Assembly: GCF_009914755.1 (NCBI RefSeq)
Contig: NC_060930.1
Origin: the human T2T-CHM13v2.0 reference genome, Homo sapiens
DNA: 64,000 nt
Reading direction: 5' to 3' (one strand)
A program made the position numbers and the translations under genes. Position 1 is the stretch's first letter. Every line of letters starts with the position of its first letter. The notes under the pieces are model-generated. The model worked only from the letters and a program-made list of their open reading frames with translations. It had not been told where the DNA came from and searched no databases. Of the stretch, positions 52,801 to 64,000 are shown in pieces.

Positions 52801-53317
52801 TATAACTGGAGAAAGTCACATAACCACAAAGGAAGACAAAAAGAGAGAAAGGAAGGAAAAAAGGATCTACAAAGCAATTAGAAAGCAATTCACAAAATAG
52901 CAGTAATAAGTCCTTACATATCAATCATTAACTCGAACTTAAATAGATCAAAATCTTCAAACAAAAAACAAAATGACTATATGGATTAAAAAAAAAAAGC
53001 AAAACCAATAATACGCTGCCTAGGAGAGACTCACTTCACCTTTAAAAATACATGTAAACTGACAGTAAAGTGATATAAAAAGATATACCATGCAAACAGA
53101 AATCAAAATTTAACAGTAGTAGCTATACTTATATCAGACAAAATAGACTTTAAGTTAAAAACTGTAAGAAGACACAAGGAAGACTTTATAAAATGATAAA
53201 GGGATCAAATCAGCAAGAGGATATAACAAGTGTAAATATATATGCACCCAGCATCAAAAGCAGTTAATCATATAGAGCAAATATTAATAGATTTGAAAAG
53301 AAAGATAGACTGCAACA

Positions 53318-53634
53318 GCCGGACTTGGTGGCTCATGCCTGTAATCCCAGCACTTTGGGAGACTGAGGCGGGTGTATCACAAGGTCAGGAGATGGAGATC
53401 ATCCTGGCTAACATGGTAAAACACTTTCTCTCCCAAAAATACCAAAAATTAGCCAGGCATGGTGGCAGACGCCTGTAATCCCAGCTACTCAGGAGGCTGA
53501 GGCAGAGAACTGCTTAAACCCGGGAGGCAGAGGCTGCAGTGAGCCGAGGTTGCGCCACTGCACTCCAGCCTGGGCGACAGAGTGAAACTCTATCTCAAAA
53601 AAAAAAAAAAGAAAAAGAAAGAAAAAAAAGAAAG
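53318..53634 (+). mobile_element. AluSc/Sg-like
   Basis: Full dimer; perfect 20-bp TSD AAGAAAGATAGACTGCAACA (53298-53317, 53635-53654). Confidence 0.93.
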
Positions 53635-54941
53635 AAGAAAGATAGACTGCAACACAACCATAATAGGGGACTTTAAAAATCCAATTTTCAGCAATGGACA
53701 GATGATCTCGATGGATAATCAGTAAGGAAACCTGAAACTTAGACTACACTCCCAACCATATGATCATATAGACCTAACAGACCTAAACAGAACACCACAT
53801 CCAATAGTAGCAGAATATACATTCTTCTCAACTGTGCATCTAACATTTTCAAGGAAAGATTATATGTTAGGCCACAAAACAAGTCTTAGCAAGTTTAAGA
53901 ACTGTATCAAGTATCTTTTCTGACCACAATGGTATAAAACGAGAAACAATAACAGAAAAAAAACTTCATAAAATTCGCGAGTGCAAGGAAATTAGGCAAC
54001 AGGCTGTTAAAGAAACAGGGGACATTTAAGAAATTAAAAGGAAAATTTTTAATTTTTTTTCAGAAAAACAAATGTAGAAACACAACATACCAAAACTTAT
54101 GGGATACAGCAAAAGCAATTCTAGTTTATGTCTGTAAAGAGAATAGTGACAGAGAAAGTGATAGAGAAAACTGATAAAGTTTATGTCTATAAACTAGAAC
54201 TATTGCTATAAACTATAAACTTGCTATACATAAACTATAAACTACTAGTTTATAGCAATAAACCCCTACAGAAGAAGGAAAGTTCTCAAATAAACAACCT
54301 AACTTTGCACCTCAAGGCAGGAGAAAAACAAGAGCAAACTAAGCTCAAAGTTAGTAAAAGGAAGAAAAATAATAAAACAATAAAGAAAATAATAAAGGAT
54401 GAAAAGAAAATAATAAAGATTAGAAAAATACAAAAAAATCAACAGAAGTAAGAGCTGGTTTTTTGAGAAGATAAAAAGAGTTGACAAATCTTTAGCTAGA
54501 ATAAGAAAAACAAGAGAAGAGTCGAATAAATACAATCAGAAAGGAAATGTTACAACTGACAGAATGGAAATACAAATGATCATAAGAAACTATTATGAAC
54601 ATTTAATATGCCAATACATTGGATAACTTAGGTAATGGATAATTCTTGGGCATATACAATCTACAAAGATTGAACAAAGAAGGTATAAAAACCTGAAAGA
54701 CCAATTACAAGTAATAAGAGTGAAACAGTAATAAAGTCTCCCAAAAGGGAAAGCCCAAGACTAAATAGCTTTATGGTTGAAATCTACCAAACTTTTAAAG
54801 AGGAAGCAATATCAATTCTTCTCAAACTCTTCCAAAAAAAAAAAAACCGGAAAAATACTTCCAATTTCATTTTACAATGGTAGCATTTCCCTCGTGCCAA
54901 AGACAGAAAGGACATTACAAGAAAAGAAAATTATAGGCCAA

Positions 54942-55223
54942 GGCTGGGTGCAGTGGTTCTCACCTGTAATCCCAGCACTTTGGGAGGCAAGCAGATCGCT
55001 TGAACCCAGGAGACCAGCTTGGGCAACATGGCAAAACCTCTTCTCTGCAAAACACACAAAAATTAGCTGGGTGTGGTGGTGGTATGCACCTGCAGTCCCA
55101 GCTACTTGGGAGGCTGGGGAGGGAGAGATCACTTGGGCCCAGAAGGTCAAGGCACTACTGAGCCACGATCACTCCACTGCACTCCAGCCTTTGTGACCAA
55201 GAAAGACTCTGTCTCTAAAGGAT
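54942..55223 (+). mobile_element. AluJ-like
   Basis: GATCGCTTGAACCCAGGAG, GGGCAACATGGCAAAACC, GATCACTTGGGCCCAG; TSD AAAAGAAAAT(T/G)ATAGGCCAA, 19/20. Confidence 0.9.
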
Positions 55224-55393
55224 AAAAGAAAATGATAGGCCAAATCCCTGAAGAACAAAGATGCAAAAATCCTCAATAAAACGCTAGCAAACCAAATTCA
55301 ACAGCATATTAAAAAGATCATTCTTCATGATCAAGTGGAATTTATCCCAGGGATACAAGACTGGTTTAATATATGCAAATCAATAAATGTGAT

Positions 55394-55755
55394 TGTATTA
55401 GTCCATTTTCACACTGCTGATAAAGACATACCTGTGACTGGGTAACTTATAAAGAAAAAGGGGTTTAGTGGACTCACAGTTCCACGTGGCAGTGGCGGCC
55501 TCATGATTAGGGCAAAAGGCAAAAGGCATGTCTTACATGGTGCCGGGTGAGAGAAAATGAGAGCCAAGTGAAAGGGGAAGCCCCTTATAAGATCCTCAGA
55601 TCTCATGAGACTTATTCACTACCATGAGAACAGTATGAGGAAAACCACTCCCATTATTCAATTATCTCCCACCAGATCCCTCCCACAACATGTGGGAATT
55701 ATGGGAGCTACAATTTTAGATGACATTTGGGTTGGGACACAGCCAAACAATATCA
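55394..55755 (-). mobile_element. THE1B-like solo LTR
   Basis: TGTATTAGTCCATTTTCACACTGCTGATAAAGACATACC…GGGACACAGCCAAACAATATCA; perfect 5-bp TSD GTGAT. Confidence 0.92.
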
Positions 55756-56660
55756 GTGATACATCACATGAACAGAATAAGAACAAAAATCATATAATCA
55801 TTTCAATAGATGCAAAAAAAAGCATCTGACAAAATTAAACATTTTAAATAATAAAAACTCTTAAGAAATTAGGTATAGAAGGAATTTACCAGGAACATTA
55901 AAGGCTATACATAACAAACCTACAGTTAACATCATACCAAACAAGGAAAAGTTGAAAGCTTTTGCTCAAAGATCGGGAATAATACAAGGCTGCCCACTCT
56001 GAATACTTCTATTCAACATAGTATTAGAAGTCCGAGACAGATCAATTAGGCAAGAGAAAAAAAGAAAGAAAAGGCATCCAAATTGGAAACAAAGAGGTTT
56101 AATTGTCCCTGTTTACATGACATGATCTTATAAGATTTTAAAAAAAACAAAAACCTGAACACTCCACCAAAGGGGGGAAAAAAAACTGTTAGAACTAATA
56201 AATGAATTCAGTGAAGCTGCAGGATATAAAATCAACATACAAAAATCAGTAGCATTTCTATACGCTAACATTGAACAATCTGAAAAAGAAATTTTGAAAA
56301 ATCCCATTGAAAATAACGACAAAACATAATATGCTTAGGAATAAATTTAACCAAGGAGGTACAAGATCACTACATGAAAAGTTTAAAACACTGAGGAATG
56401 AAACTAAAGAAAAAAACCAATAAATGGAAAGATATCCCATGTGTATGTATTAGAAGAATTAATATTCTTAAAATGTTCATACTACCCAAAGCAATCTACA
56501 AATACAATGCAATCCCTACTAAAATATCAATGTTATTCTTCATAGGAATATAAAAAAATACTAAAATTTGTATGAAACCACAATAGACCCCTAAATAGCC
56601 AAAACAATCTTGGGCAAAAAGAGCAAAATCAGAGGCATCACGCTACCTTATTTTGAAATA

Positions 56661-57092
56661 CATTTGACCCTTGAACAACACAGGGGTTAAGTGCACAACT
56701 GCCCATACGGTCAAAAATCCATGTATAAAATTTGACTCCCCCAAAACTTAACTACTAATAACCTACCATTGACTGGAAGCCACATCAACAATAAAAACTG
56801 TCAACTAATACTTATTATCTATATTATATGTATAATATATTGTATTCTTACAGTAAAGCAAACTAGAGAAAATGTTAAGAAAATCATAAGAGAAAATATA
56901 TTTGCTATTCATTAAGTGGAAGGGTTCATCATAAAGTTCTTCATCTTCATTGTCTTTATGTTGAGTAGGCTGAGGAGGAGGAGGAAGATGAAGAGGGTTG
57001 GTCTTTCTCTCTCATGGGTGGCAAAGGTGGAAGAAAATCTGAGTGTAAGTGGACCTGTGCAGTTTAAATTTGTGTTGTACAATGGTCATCTG
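56661..57092 (-). mobile_element. Tigger2a (MER28)-like non-autonomous element
   Basis: TA + CATTTGACCCTTGAACAACACAGG … TGTGTTGTACAATGGTCATCTG; antisense-homologous to the 3' end of the Tigger2 at 29.3-29.6 kb. Confidence 0.87.
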
Positions 57093-57587
57093 TGTAATAC
57101 AAAGCTAAAGTAACCAAAAGAGCATGGTACTGGAATATAAACAAAAACATAGACAAATGAAAAGGAATAGAGAGCCCAGAAGTTAATCCACACATTTACA
57201 GCCAGCTGATTTTTGACAAAGATGCCAAGAACATGTTATGGGGAAAGGACAGTCTTTTCATGAAAATGTGTTGAGAAAACCAGATAGCCACATGCAAAGG
57301 AATAAAAATAGACCTTTAAATCATACCACATACAAAATCAACTCAAAATCAATTAGAGACTTAAATATAAGAACTGAAACTATGAGACTGTTAGAAGAAA
57401 GCAAGGGAAAAATTTCCATGACCTAGGTCCAGACCAAGATTTTTAGGATATGATATCAAAAGCATAGCCACAAGAAGCAAAAATGTACAAGTAGAACATC
57501 AAACTAAAAAATTTCTGCACACAAAAGTAACAATCAACAGAGTGAAGAGACAACCTACATAATGGGAGAAAATATATCCAAACTATG

Positions 57588-59972
57588 TGTTTCAGCCTAT
57601 TTTCATTGCTATAAAGAAATAGCTGAACCTGGCTAACTTATATATTTTTAAGTTTATTTGGCTCATGTTTCTGCAGGTTGTGCAAGAAGCATGGTGTCAA
57701 AATTTGCTTCAAGTGAGGCACTCAGGCTACTTCCACTCATGGTGGAAGGTAAAGGGGGTGCCAGTGTGTGCTGACATCACATGTGAGAGAAAACAAGCAA
57801 GAGAGAGAGGAGGGAAGTGTCAGACTCTTTTAAACAATCAGCTCTCACAGGAACTAATCAAGTGAGAATTCACTCATTGCCATGAAGATAACACCAAGAC
57901 ATTCATGAGGTATCCACTCCCATGAACAAAACACTTCCCATTGGCCTCACCTCCAATATTGGGGATCAAATTTTAACATGAGATTAGAGAGGACAAATAT
58001 CTAAACCATTTCATTCTATACCTGGCCCCTGAAATCTCATGTCCTCACATACAAAATACTATCATTCCATTCATTCCATCCCAATAGTCCCCCAAAGTTT
58101 TAACCTATTCCAGCATCAACTCAAAAGTCTAACATAAAAAGTCTCATTTGAGACTCAAGGCAAGTTCCTTACAGTTACAAGCCTGTAAAGTCAAAGTCAA
58201 GTTATTTACTTCCAAAATACAATAATGGAACAGACATTAGGTAAACACTCCAATTTCAAAAGGGAGAAATGGGCTAAAAGATAGGGGTAACAGACCTCAT
58301 GCAAGTCTGAAAGCCAGCAGGGCAGACATTCAATGTTAAAGCTCCAAGATAGTCTTTGACTCCATGTTCCACACCCTGGGCACACTGGTGCAAGGGGTTG
58401 GCTCCCAAGGCTTCAGGCAGCCCTGCTCCCCAACATGGCTTTGCTAGGTGCAGCCCATTTGGCTGCTTGCATATATTGTAGTTGAATGCCTGTGACTTTT
58501 CCAGACTGAGCAGGTACACTGCTGGTGGCTCTATAATTCTTGGGTCTCAAAAGTAAGGGCCCTGTTGCTATGGCTCCAATATGCACTGCCCTAGTGAATA
58601 CCCTCTGCAGTGGCTCCACCCCTGTGGCAGGCCTGCACACCCAGGCTTTCCAATACATCCTCTGAAATCTTGGTAGAAGCTGCCAAGCCTCCGTTATTCT
58701 TGCATTCTGTGCATCTGCAGACTTAACACCACATGGATGCCACAAATGCTCATGGCTTGCACACTCCAGAGTGATGACCCATGCAGTACCTGTGTCTCTT
58801 TGAGCCATGGCTGGAGGTGGAAGTGAAGTGGCTAGAAGATAGGAAGCAGCATCCTGAGGTAGTGCAGGGCAGCAGTGCCCCAGGCCTTGAAGGTTTCTGA
58901 AATGCGTTCAGGACCCATTTCCCCTTGTCTTGACTATTAACATCTGGCTCCCTTTTATCTATGTCAATCTCTCTAGTAAATGTTTGCTCCCTAGCACACT
59001 CGACTTTCTCTCCTGTAAACACTCTTTCCTTTTCTACCACATGGCCAGGCTACAAAATTTCTAAACTTTTATACTCTGTTTCTCTTTCAATGATAAATTT
59101 CAACTTTAGGTCATTCCTTTGTTCCTATATCTGATAGTAAGCTGTTAAAAGTAGCCACATTACTTCTTCCATACTTTGCTTCTTAGAACTTTCTTCTTCC
59201 AGGTGCCCTAAGTCATCACTCCTAATCCTTCCACAAAACCCTAGGTCATGCATATAATGCAGCTAAGTTATTTGCTAAGGTGTAACAAGGGTCCCTTTTC
59301 TCCAGTTACCAATATGTTTCTCATTTCCACCAGAGACATCATCAGCATGGCCTTTACTGTCTATATTTCTGTCAGCATTTTGATCACAACCACTTAAGCA
59401 ATCTCTATAAAGTTTCACATTTCCTCATCTTATTGCCTTCTGAGATCTCCAAACTCTCCCAACCTCTGCCCACTATCCAGTTACAAAGCCATTTTTCCAC
59501 ATTTCAAGTATCTTTATGGCAACACCTCGCTCCTTGGTACCAATTTTTCTGTCTTAGTCTATTTGTGTTGCTATAAAGGAACCAATGAGTCTGCCAAATT
59601 TATAAAGAAACTAGGTTTATTTGGTTCATAGTTATACAAGTCGTGCAAGAAGCATGGTGCCAGCATCTGCTTCTGGTCAGGGATACAGGCTGCTTCCACT
59701 CATGTTGGAAGTTGAAGGGAAGCCAGCATGTGCAGAGATCACATGTGAGAGAGGATGCAAGAGAGAGAAGGGGAGGTGCTATGTTCTTTTAAGCAACCAG
59801 CTCTCACAAGAACCAAATGAGCAATAACTTGCTCATTACCACAAGGACAGAACCAAGACATTTATAAGAGATCTGTCCCACAATTGAAACGCTTCCCATT
59901 AGACCCCACTTCTAACACTGGGAATCAAATTTCAACATGAGATTTGGAGAAGACAAACATCCAACCATAGCA
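57588..59972 (-). mobile_element. Complete MSTB-like MaLR provirus (LTR-int-LTR)
   Basis: LTRs ~57588-58013 and ~59549-59972, internal region ending CTCCTTGGTACCAATTTT; TSD CTATG/CTATA. Confidence 0.9.
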
Positions 59973-61399
59973 CTATACATCTGACAAGAAGTTAATATCC
60001 AAAATATTTAAGGAACTGAAACAACTCAATAGCAAATAAACAAATGCTGCAATTTAAAAATTGGCAAAGAAGCTAAATGGATATTTCTCAAAAAAAGACA
60101 TATGAATGGCCAAATGGAATATGGAAAAATGATCAACATCCCTCATCATCAGAGAAATGCAAACTAAAACCTCTATTAGATATTGCCTTATACTTGTTAG
60201 AATGGTGATTATCAGAAAGAAAAAAGATAACAAGCAATAGTGAGGATGCGGAGTAAAGGGAACCCCTTCACATTGCTGGTGGAAATGTATATTTGTATAG
60301 CTATTATAGAAAACAATTAAAGATAGAACTACCAAACCTGAAAAAATAAAAAAATAGAACCGCCAGGTGATCCAGCAATTCTACTACCGCGTGTATTTCC
60401 AAAAGAAATAAAATCAGTATGTGAAAGAGATATCTGCAGTATATTCACAATAGTTAAGATATGGAATAAACCTGCATGCCAATCAATGGATGAATGTATA
60501 AAGAAAAGTGGCACGCATACACAATGGAGTACTATTCAGCCATAAATAGGAAGGAAACCCTGCCATTTGCAACAACATGAATAAACCTGGAGGACATTAC
60601 GTGAAGTGAAATAAGCCAATCACAAAAATATAACTACCAAATGATCTCACTCATATGTGGCATCTTAAAAAGTTGATCTCATAGAACTAGAGAGTAGAAT
60701 GGTAGTATTTACATAGTTCTGGATAAAGCAAGAGTGATCCCTATTTTCAACACCCAACTTGTCATTCATTTATAAAGGCAATAGAAACAATTACAAATAA
60801 ACAAAATTTCTGGAATTATAGTACTGAAGTCATTTTTTAAATTTACTCAATGAAAAAATCAAATTAATTCAAGATGATCAAATAAAGAATTCAGAAACTG
60901 GAGCACTATATTGTAAAAGGGTTGAAGATGAACTCTGAATATGTTTGAACACAAGAATACGAAGGATTAATATTGGATTTACAGTAGCTAAATATAATAA
61001 AAATGTTGTAATCCTAAATTGAAAACCCACTGGATAAATAACAACAAAAATTCAGAAGTAGAAGAATATAGGCAAAAGATAAAGAAGTACAAACTTATAA
61101 TTTTATTATATGTCATAGGAGGGAATCAGTTGGTAATGCTAAAGTTTAACCAAATTACTAAGAAACAAGAAGAGGCTATAAACATTCCAAATACAATAAA
61201 AGAAAATGCAAATACATGCATATCTACACAAACACACACAGACAAACATGCCTGCACACACAAGGCAAAGAAAATACTGATTTGACTATATAACTTTCAA
61301 TAATTTAGTAGCATAGACATTCTAAAAGAGTTAATAAAAAGTTTATAGATGCCAAAAGGAATTGTGACAGATTTCACTCTAAATTTTGTAACTAAGTTT

Positions 61400-63100
61400 A
61401 CATGAAAATAAGGTAACACCCCAGTGGCTCAAAAAAGCTGAAGCCAGAATGGTAAACTGGCTCTAGAGCCATAACTGCCCTGGATGTTTATGAATACAAG
61501 AAACCTACACCCTGGGCACTAATGTCCATGCCTCTTGGAAGGATGGACTCTGAGACTCCTTCACAAAGCCAGGACCCTCAAAAACTGCACTTTCAGTGAA
61601 AGATCAGCTACAATTAAAATTTCCCACCAGCAAAGGGGAAGTACAAGTCTGTTTCAGCTTCAGATATTAGGAAAAGAGTATCCAGAGAGAATTCAGAACG
61701 ACAGGTCTGCCCTCAAATTGGCTCTGGGTTCCCAAACCAGAACATTAACTTAAAGTTATGCAGGGACTTCAGCACCCTGGGAACCACAGTAGATCCCAAA
61801 GAGATGCAGGAATGCACCTTCAAGTCAGGCTTTCAGTATACTTGGAAATGAAAATTGGTCAGGAAGAAGTACAAAAATGAAGTTTCCAAAATATATGAGA
61901 AAGCAAGATGATGTCAATGAAAGTCAGCGGAAATGAAATCAATAGACTCATAAATATAAATATACCAGCTATTGAAATGATAAAATAAGTATGCAGAAAT
62001 AACTTTTTAAAAGATTTAAAGAAATAAATCAAGAAATAAAATATTGTTTTTAATAAATACTTTTATAATGTTTATTTGTATCAGGTACTGTTCTACATGC
62101 CTCACTTATATATTTACTCATCTAATCCTCAACAACTCTATAAAGTAGATGGTACTAATTTTATGAACAAGGAAATGAAAACTTAGAGAAATTAAGAAAG
62201 TTCCCTAAATTTACACAGGTGCAAGTTGTAGTGCTAGAATTCAAATCCTTCAGAGTCTATCGTCCTAAGAAGTATGTGGTAAGCAAGTGTCAAAAATCTG
62301 TCAACAATTAACTGACCTGTTTTAAAAATAAAAAAATAGAACTACTAGACTAGAAATATAATTAAAAGTAAAATCTCAGTGGTCAAACTGTAGATTAAAC
62401 AAAGTTGAAAAAAGAATTTGAACTAGAAGCCAAAGCTAAAATCATTAATCAGATTGTAATGGAGAAAGACAAGGTAATGAAACTGAAAGTTTATGACATG
62501 AAAAAATATAATAAGATTTAATCATCTAGTGGTTATCTCAGGAGAGACTAAAGAAGTGAATAATCTATTAAAAGAGATAACAACTGGGATTTGTCCAGGA
62601 CAGATAAGAGAAAAAAATGTCAAATTGTATGAAAACAAATAAAGATTCAATGGAAATGGGAAAAGGCTAGTAATTAAGCTAGGGCAAAGATTAGGGGTAA
62701 TGATGGATTCATTATAGTCTTCCCTTTTATTTTATGTATGCTTAAGTTTTCTGATACATTTTTTACAAATAAAAAATAAACATTTAGACACATTATATCA
62801 TCTTTGATCAAGTCAAAAGTAGCTTCTAACAGCACACAGAGGGAAAAAAATGATAAAATGAGCAATGATTAGATTGAGGGGAAATTTCTCCATAGCAAAA
62901 CTGAAAGCCAAGACATGTGGTATAATACTTTCAAATTGTTAAGACAAAATAATGGTTAGCAAAGAATTATGCAACTGACACATTTTTATTAAATAGCTAT
63001 ATTTTTAAATGACATTTTTAGATAAGACCAAATGTGAAATCTCGTACCAAGAGACTCTCATTGAAAGAATTTAAACAATGTGAAACAGTGCACTTCAATC
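61400..63100 (+). mobile_element. Very old L1M 5'UTR/ORF1 remnants with a MIR (~62060-62280) and an L1ME-like 3' end (~62650-62780)
   Basis: A-rich ORF1-like text (GAATTTGAACTAGAAG…, GAAAGCCAAGACATGTGGTATAATACTTTCAAA); MIR text TCAGGTACTGTTCTA…AAGGAAATGAAAACTTAGAGA. Boundaries approximate. Confidence 0.55.
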
Positions 63101-63919
63101 AATAAATAATTAAATAAATAAGTGGAGAGTAAAGAAAGCATGTGGATTAATTTATGCATTGACCGTTTAAAACAAAAGTAATAATGTTTACATTAGGAGA
63201 TAAAAATAGAGGTATAGAATGCTTCTGAAAATAAATGACTGGTTTATAACACATCTCTCATGGAAAACAAGATGAAAATCTGGAAGGAAAGTGAAACATA
63301 AGACAGCTGTCTGGGGAGTAACAAAGAATTGAGGGTCCCCCTTAAGGTAGACCTGACATCCCTCCATTTGACAATGTCTAAGTGACTTGGGCCTGAAAGA
63401 CCAAGCAAAAGCAATGACTTAGTTAAGGAGACAAAAACTGGAGGTCCGTGATACCAAGGCATCCAGAATATGAGAGGCCATTGTCCCAGAGAAAAACAAA
63501 CAGAGAGAAACAAGCCTAACTTTCCAAATCACTTTTCCTCAGAGGCATTTTTTTAACTCGTAGCACGTGCAGAACAAGCAGATGGGAGGCAAAGCAGAAA
63601 GTGGCAGCCAAGGAGCTAAGAATCAAGCAGAAGTTTTGTAGGTCTGATGATACTGGAGAGACAAAATTATAGTTTAGGGCTCACCAAAGAGAAGAATACG
63701 CAGTTTGTCAAGCTTTCTATTGTAACCCCTGATGGGCTACACTTTAGAAACCAAAGTTAGAAGCCTTACAAAGGTTAAAACTCAGTGTCAGGCCAAACCC
63801 TCTAATCTCTGTTTGCGGTCTATTGCTTTGCCCTAATGCTAACTGCCAAAATAAATCTTTCCTGGAGTAAAGCAAGATCATGAAGAGCCTCTCCAGTTCT
63901 TCATTAAAAAAAAAAATAC

Positions 63920-64000
63920 GGCCGGGCGCGGTGGCTTACGCCTGTAATCCCAGCACTTTGGGAGGCCGAGGCGGGTGGATCATGAGGTCAGGAGATCGAG
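63920..64000 (+). mobile_element. AluY/AluSc 5' start, cut by the window edge
   Basis: GGCCGGGCGCGGTGGCTTACGCCTGTAATCCCAGCACTTTGGGAGGCCGAGGCGGGTGGATCATGAGGTCAGGAGATCGAG. Confidence 0.93.

Larger units (their letters stand above)
50826..60705 (+). mobile_element. Old near full-length L1MA-type element with five nested TE insertions; 3' terminus missing
   Basis: 5' GGAGCAAGATAGCAGAATAGG, ORF1-like ~51475-52410, ORF2-like from ~52895, colinear across the insertions to ATGATCTCACTCATATGTGG…AGAGTAGAATGGT. Confidence 0.88.

Noticed and set aside
54119-54260. Short repeats as a CRISPR-like or minisatellite array
   Set aside because: No regular repeat-spacer periodicity; mixed direct and inverted copies of the flanks; eukaryotic context.

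Overview
AT-rich, repeat-dense primate (most likely human or great ape) non-coding DNA, intergenic or deep intronic. No host protein-coding exon, RNA gene or CRISPR array is recognisable; nearly all ORFs in the track are decayed L1, Tigger, Alu or MaLR sequence. The window holds a near full-length dead L1PA7/8 (1-5940), a 5'-intact but 3'-truncated L1PA5/6 (minus), two L1PA 3' ends with clean TSDs, and a ~9.9 kb old L1MA carrying five nested insertions. It also has Tigger2, Charlie1 and MER DNA transposons and many MaLR/ERVL LTRs. The most unusual element is an apparently complete ~1.19 kb Merlin (IS1595/ISXO2-like DDE) DNA transposon at 43288-44480, with imperfect TIRs, an 8-bp TSD and a readable transposase fossil. 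It sits inside a doubly truncated L1 fragment that has its own 16-bp TSD. Several fine-scale repair and retrotransposition scars are readable: a multi-step fold-back palindrome at 11.2-11.4 kb, a templated-insertion patchwork at 54.1-54.3 kb, a 12-nt twin-priming inversion and a 9-nt Alu stub. A repeat-poor island at 13-15.3 kb carries a duplicated 48-bp motif and is the best regulatory candidate. Repeat subfamily names come from recalled diagnostic motifs, not from a database run.
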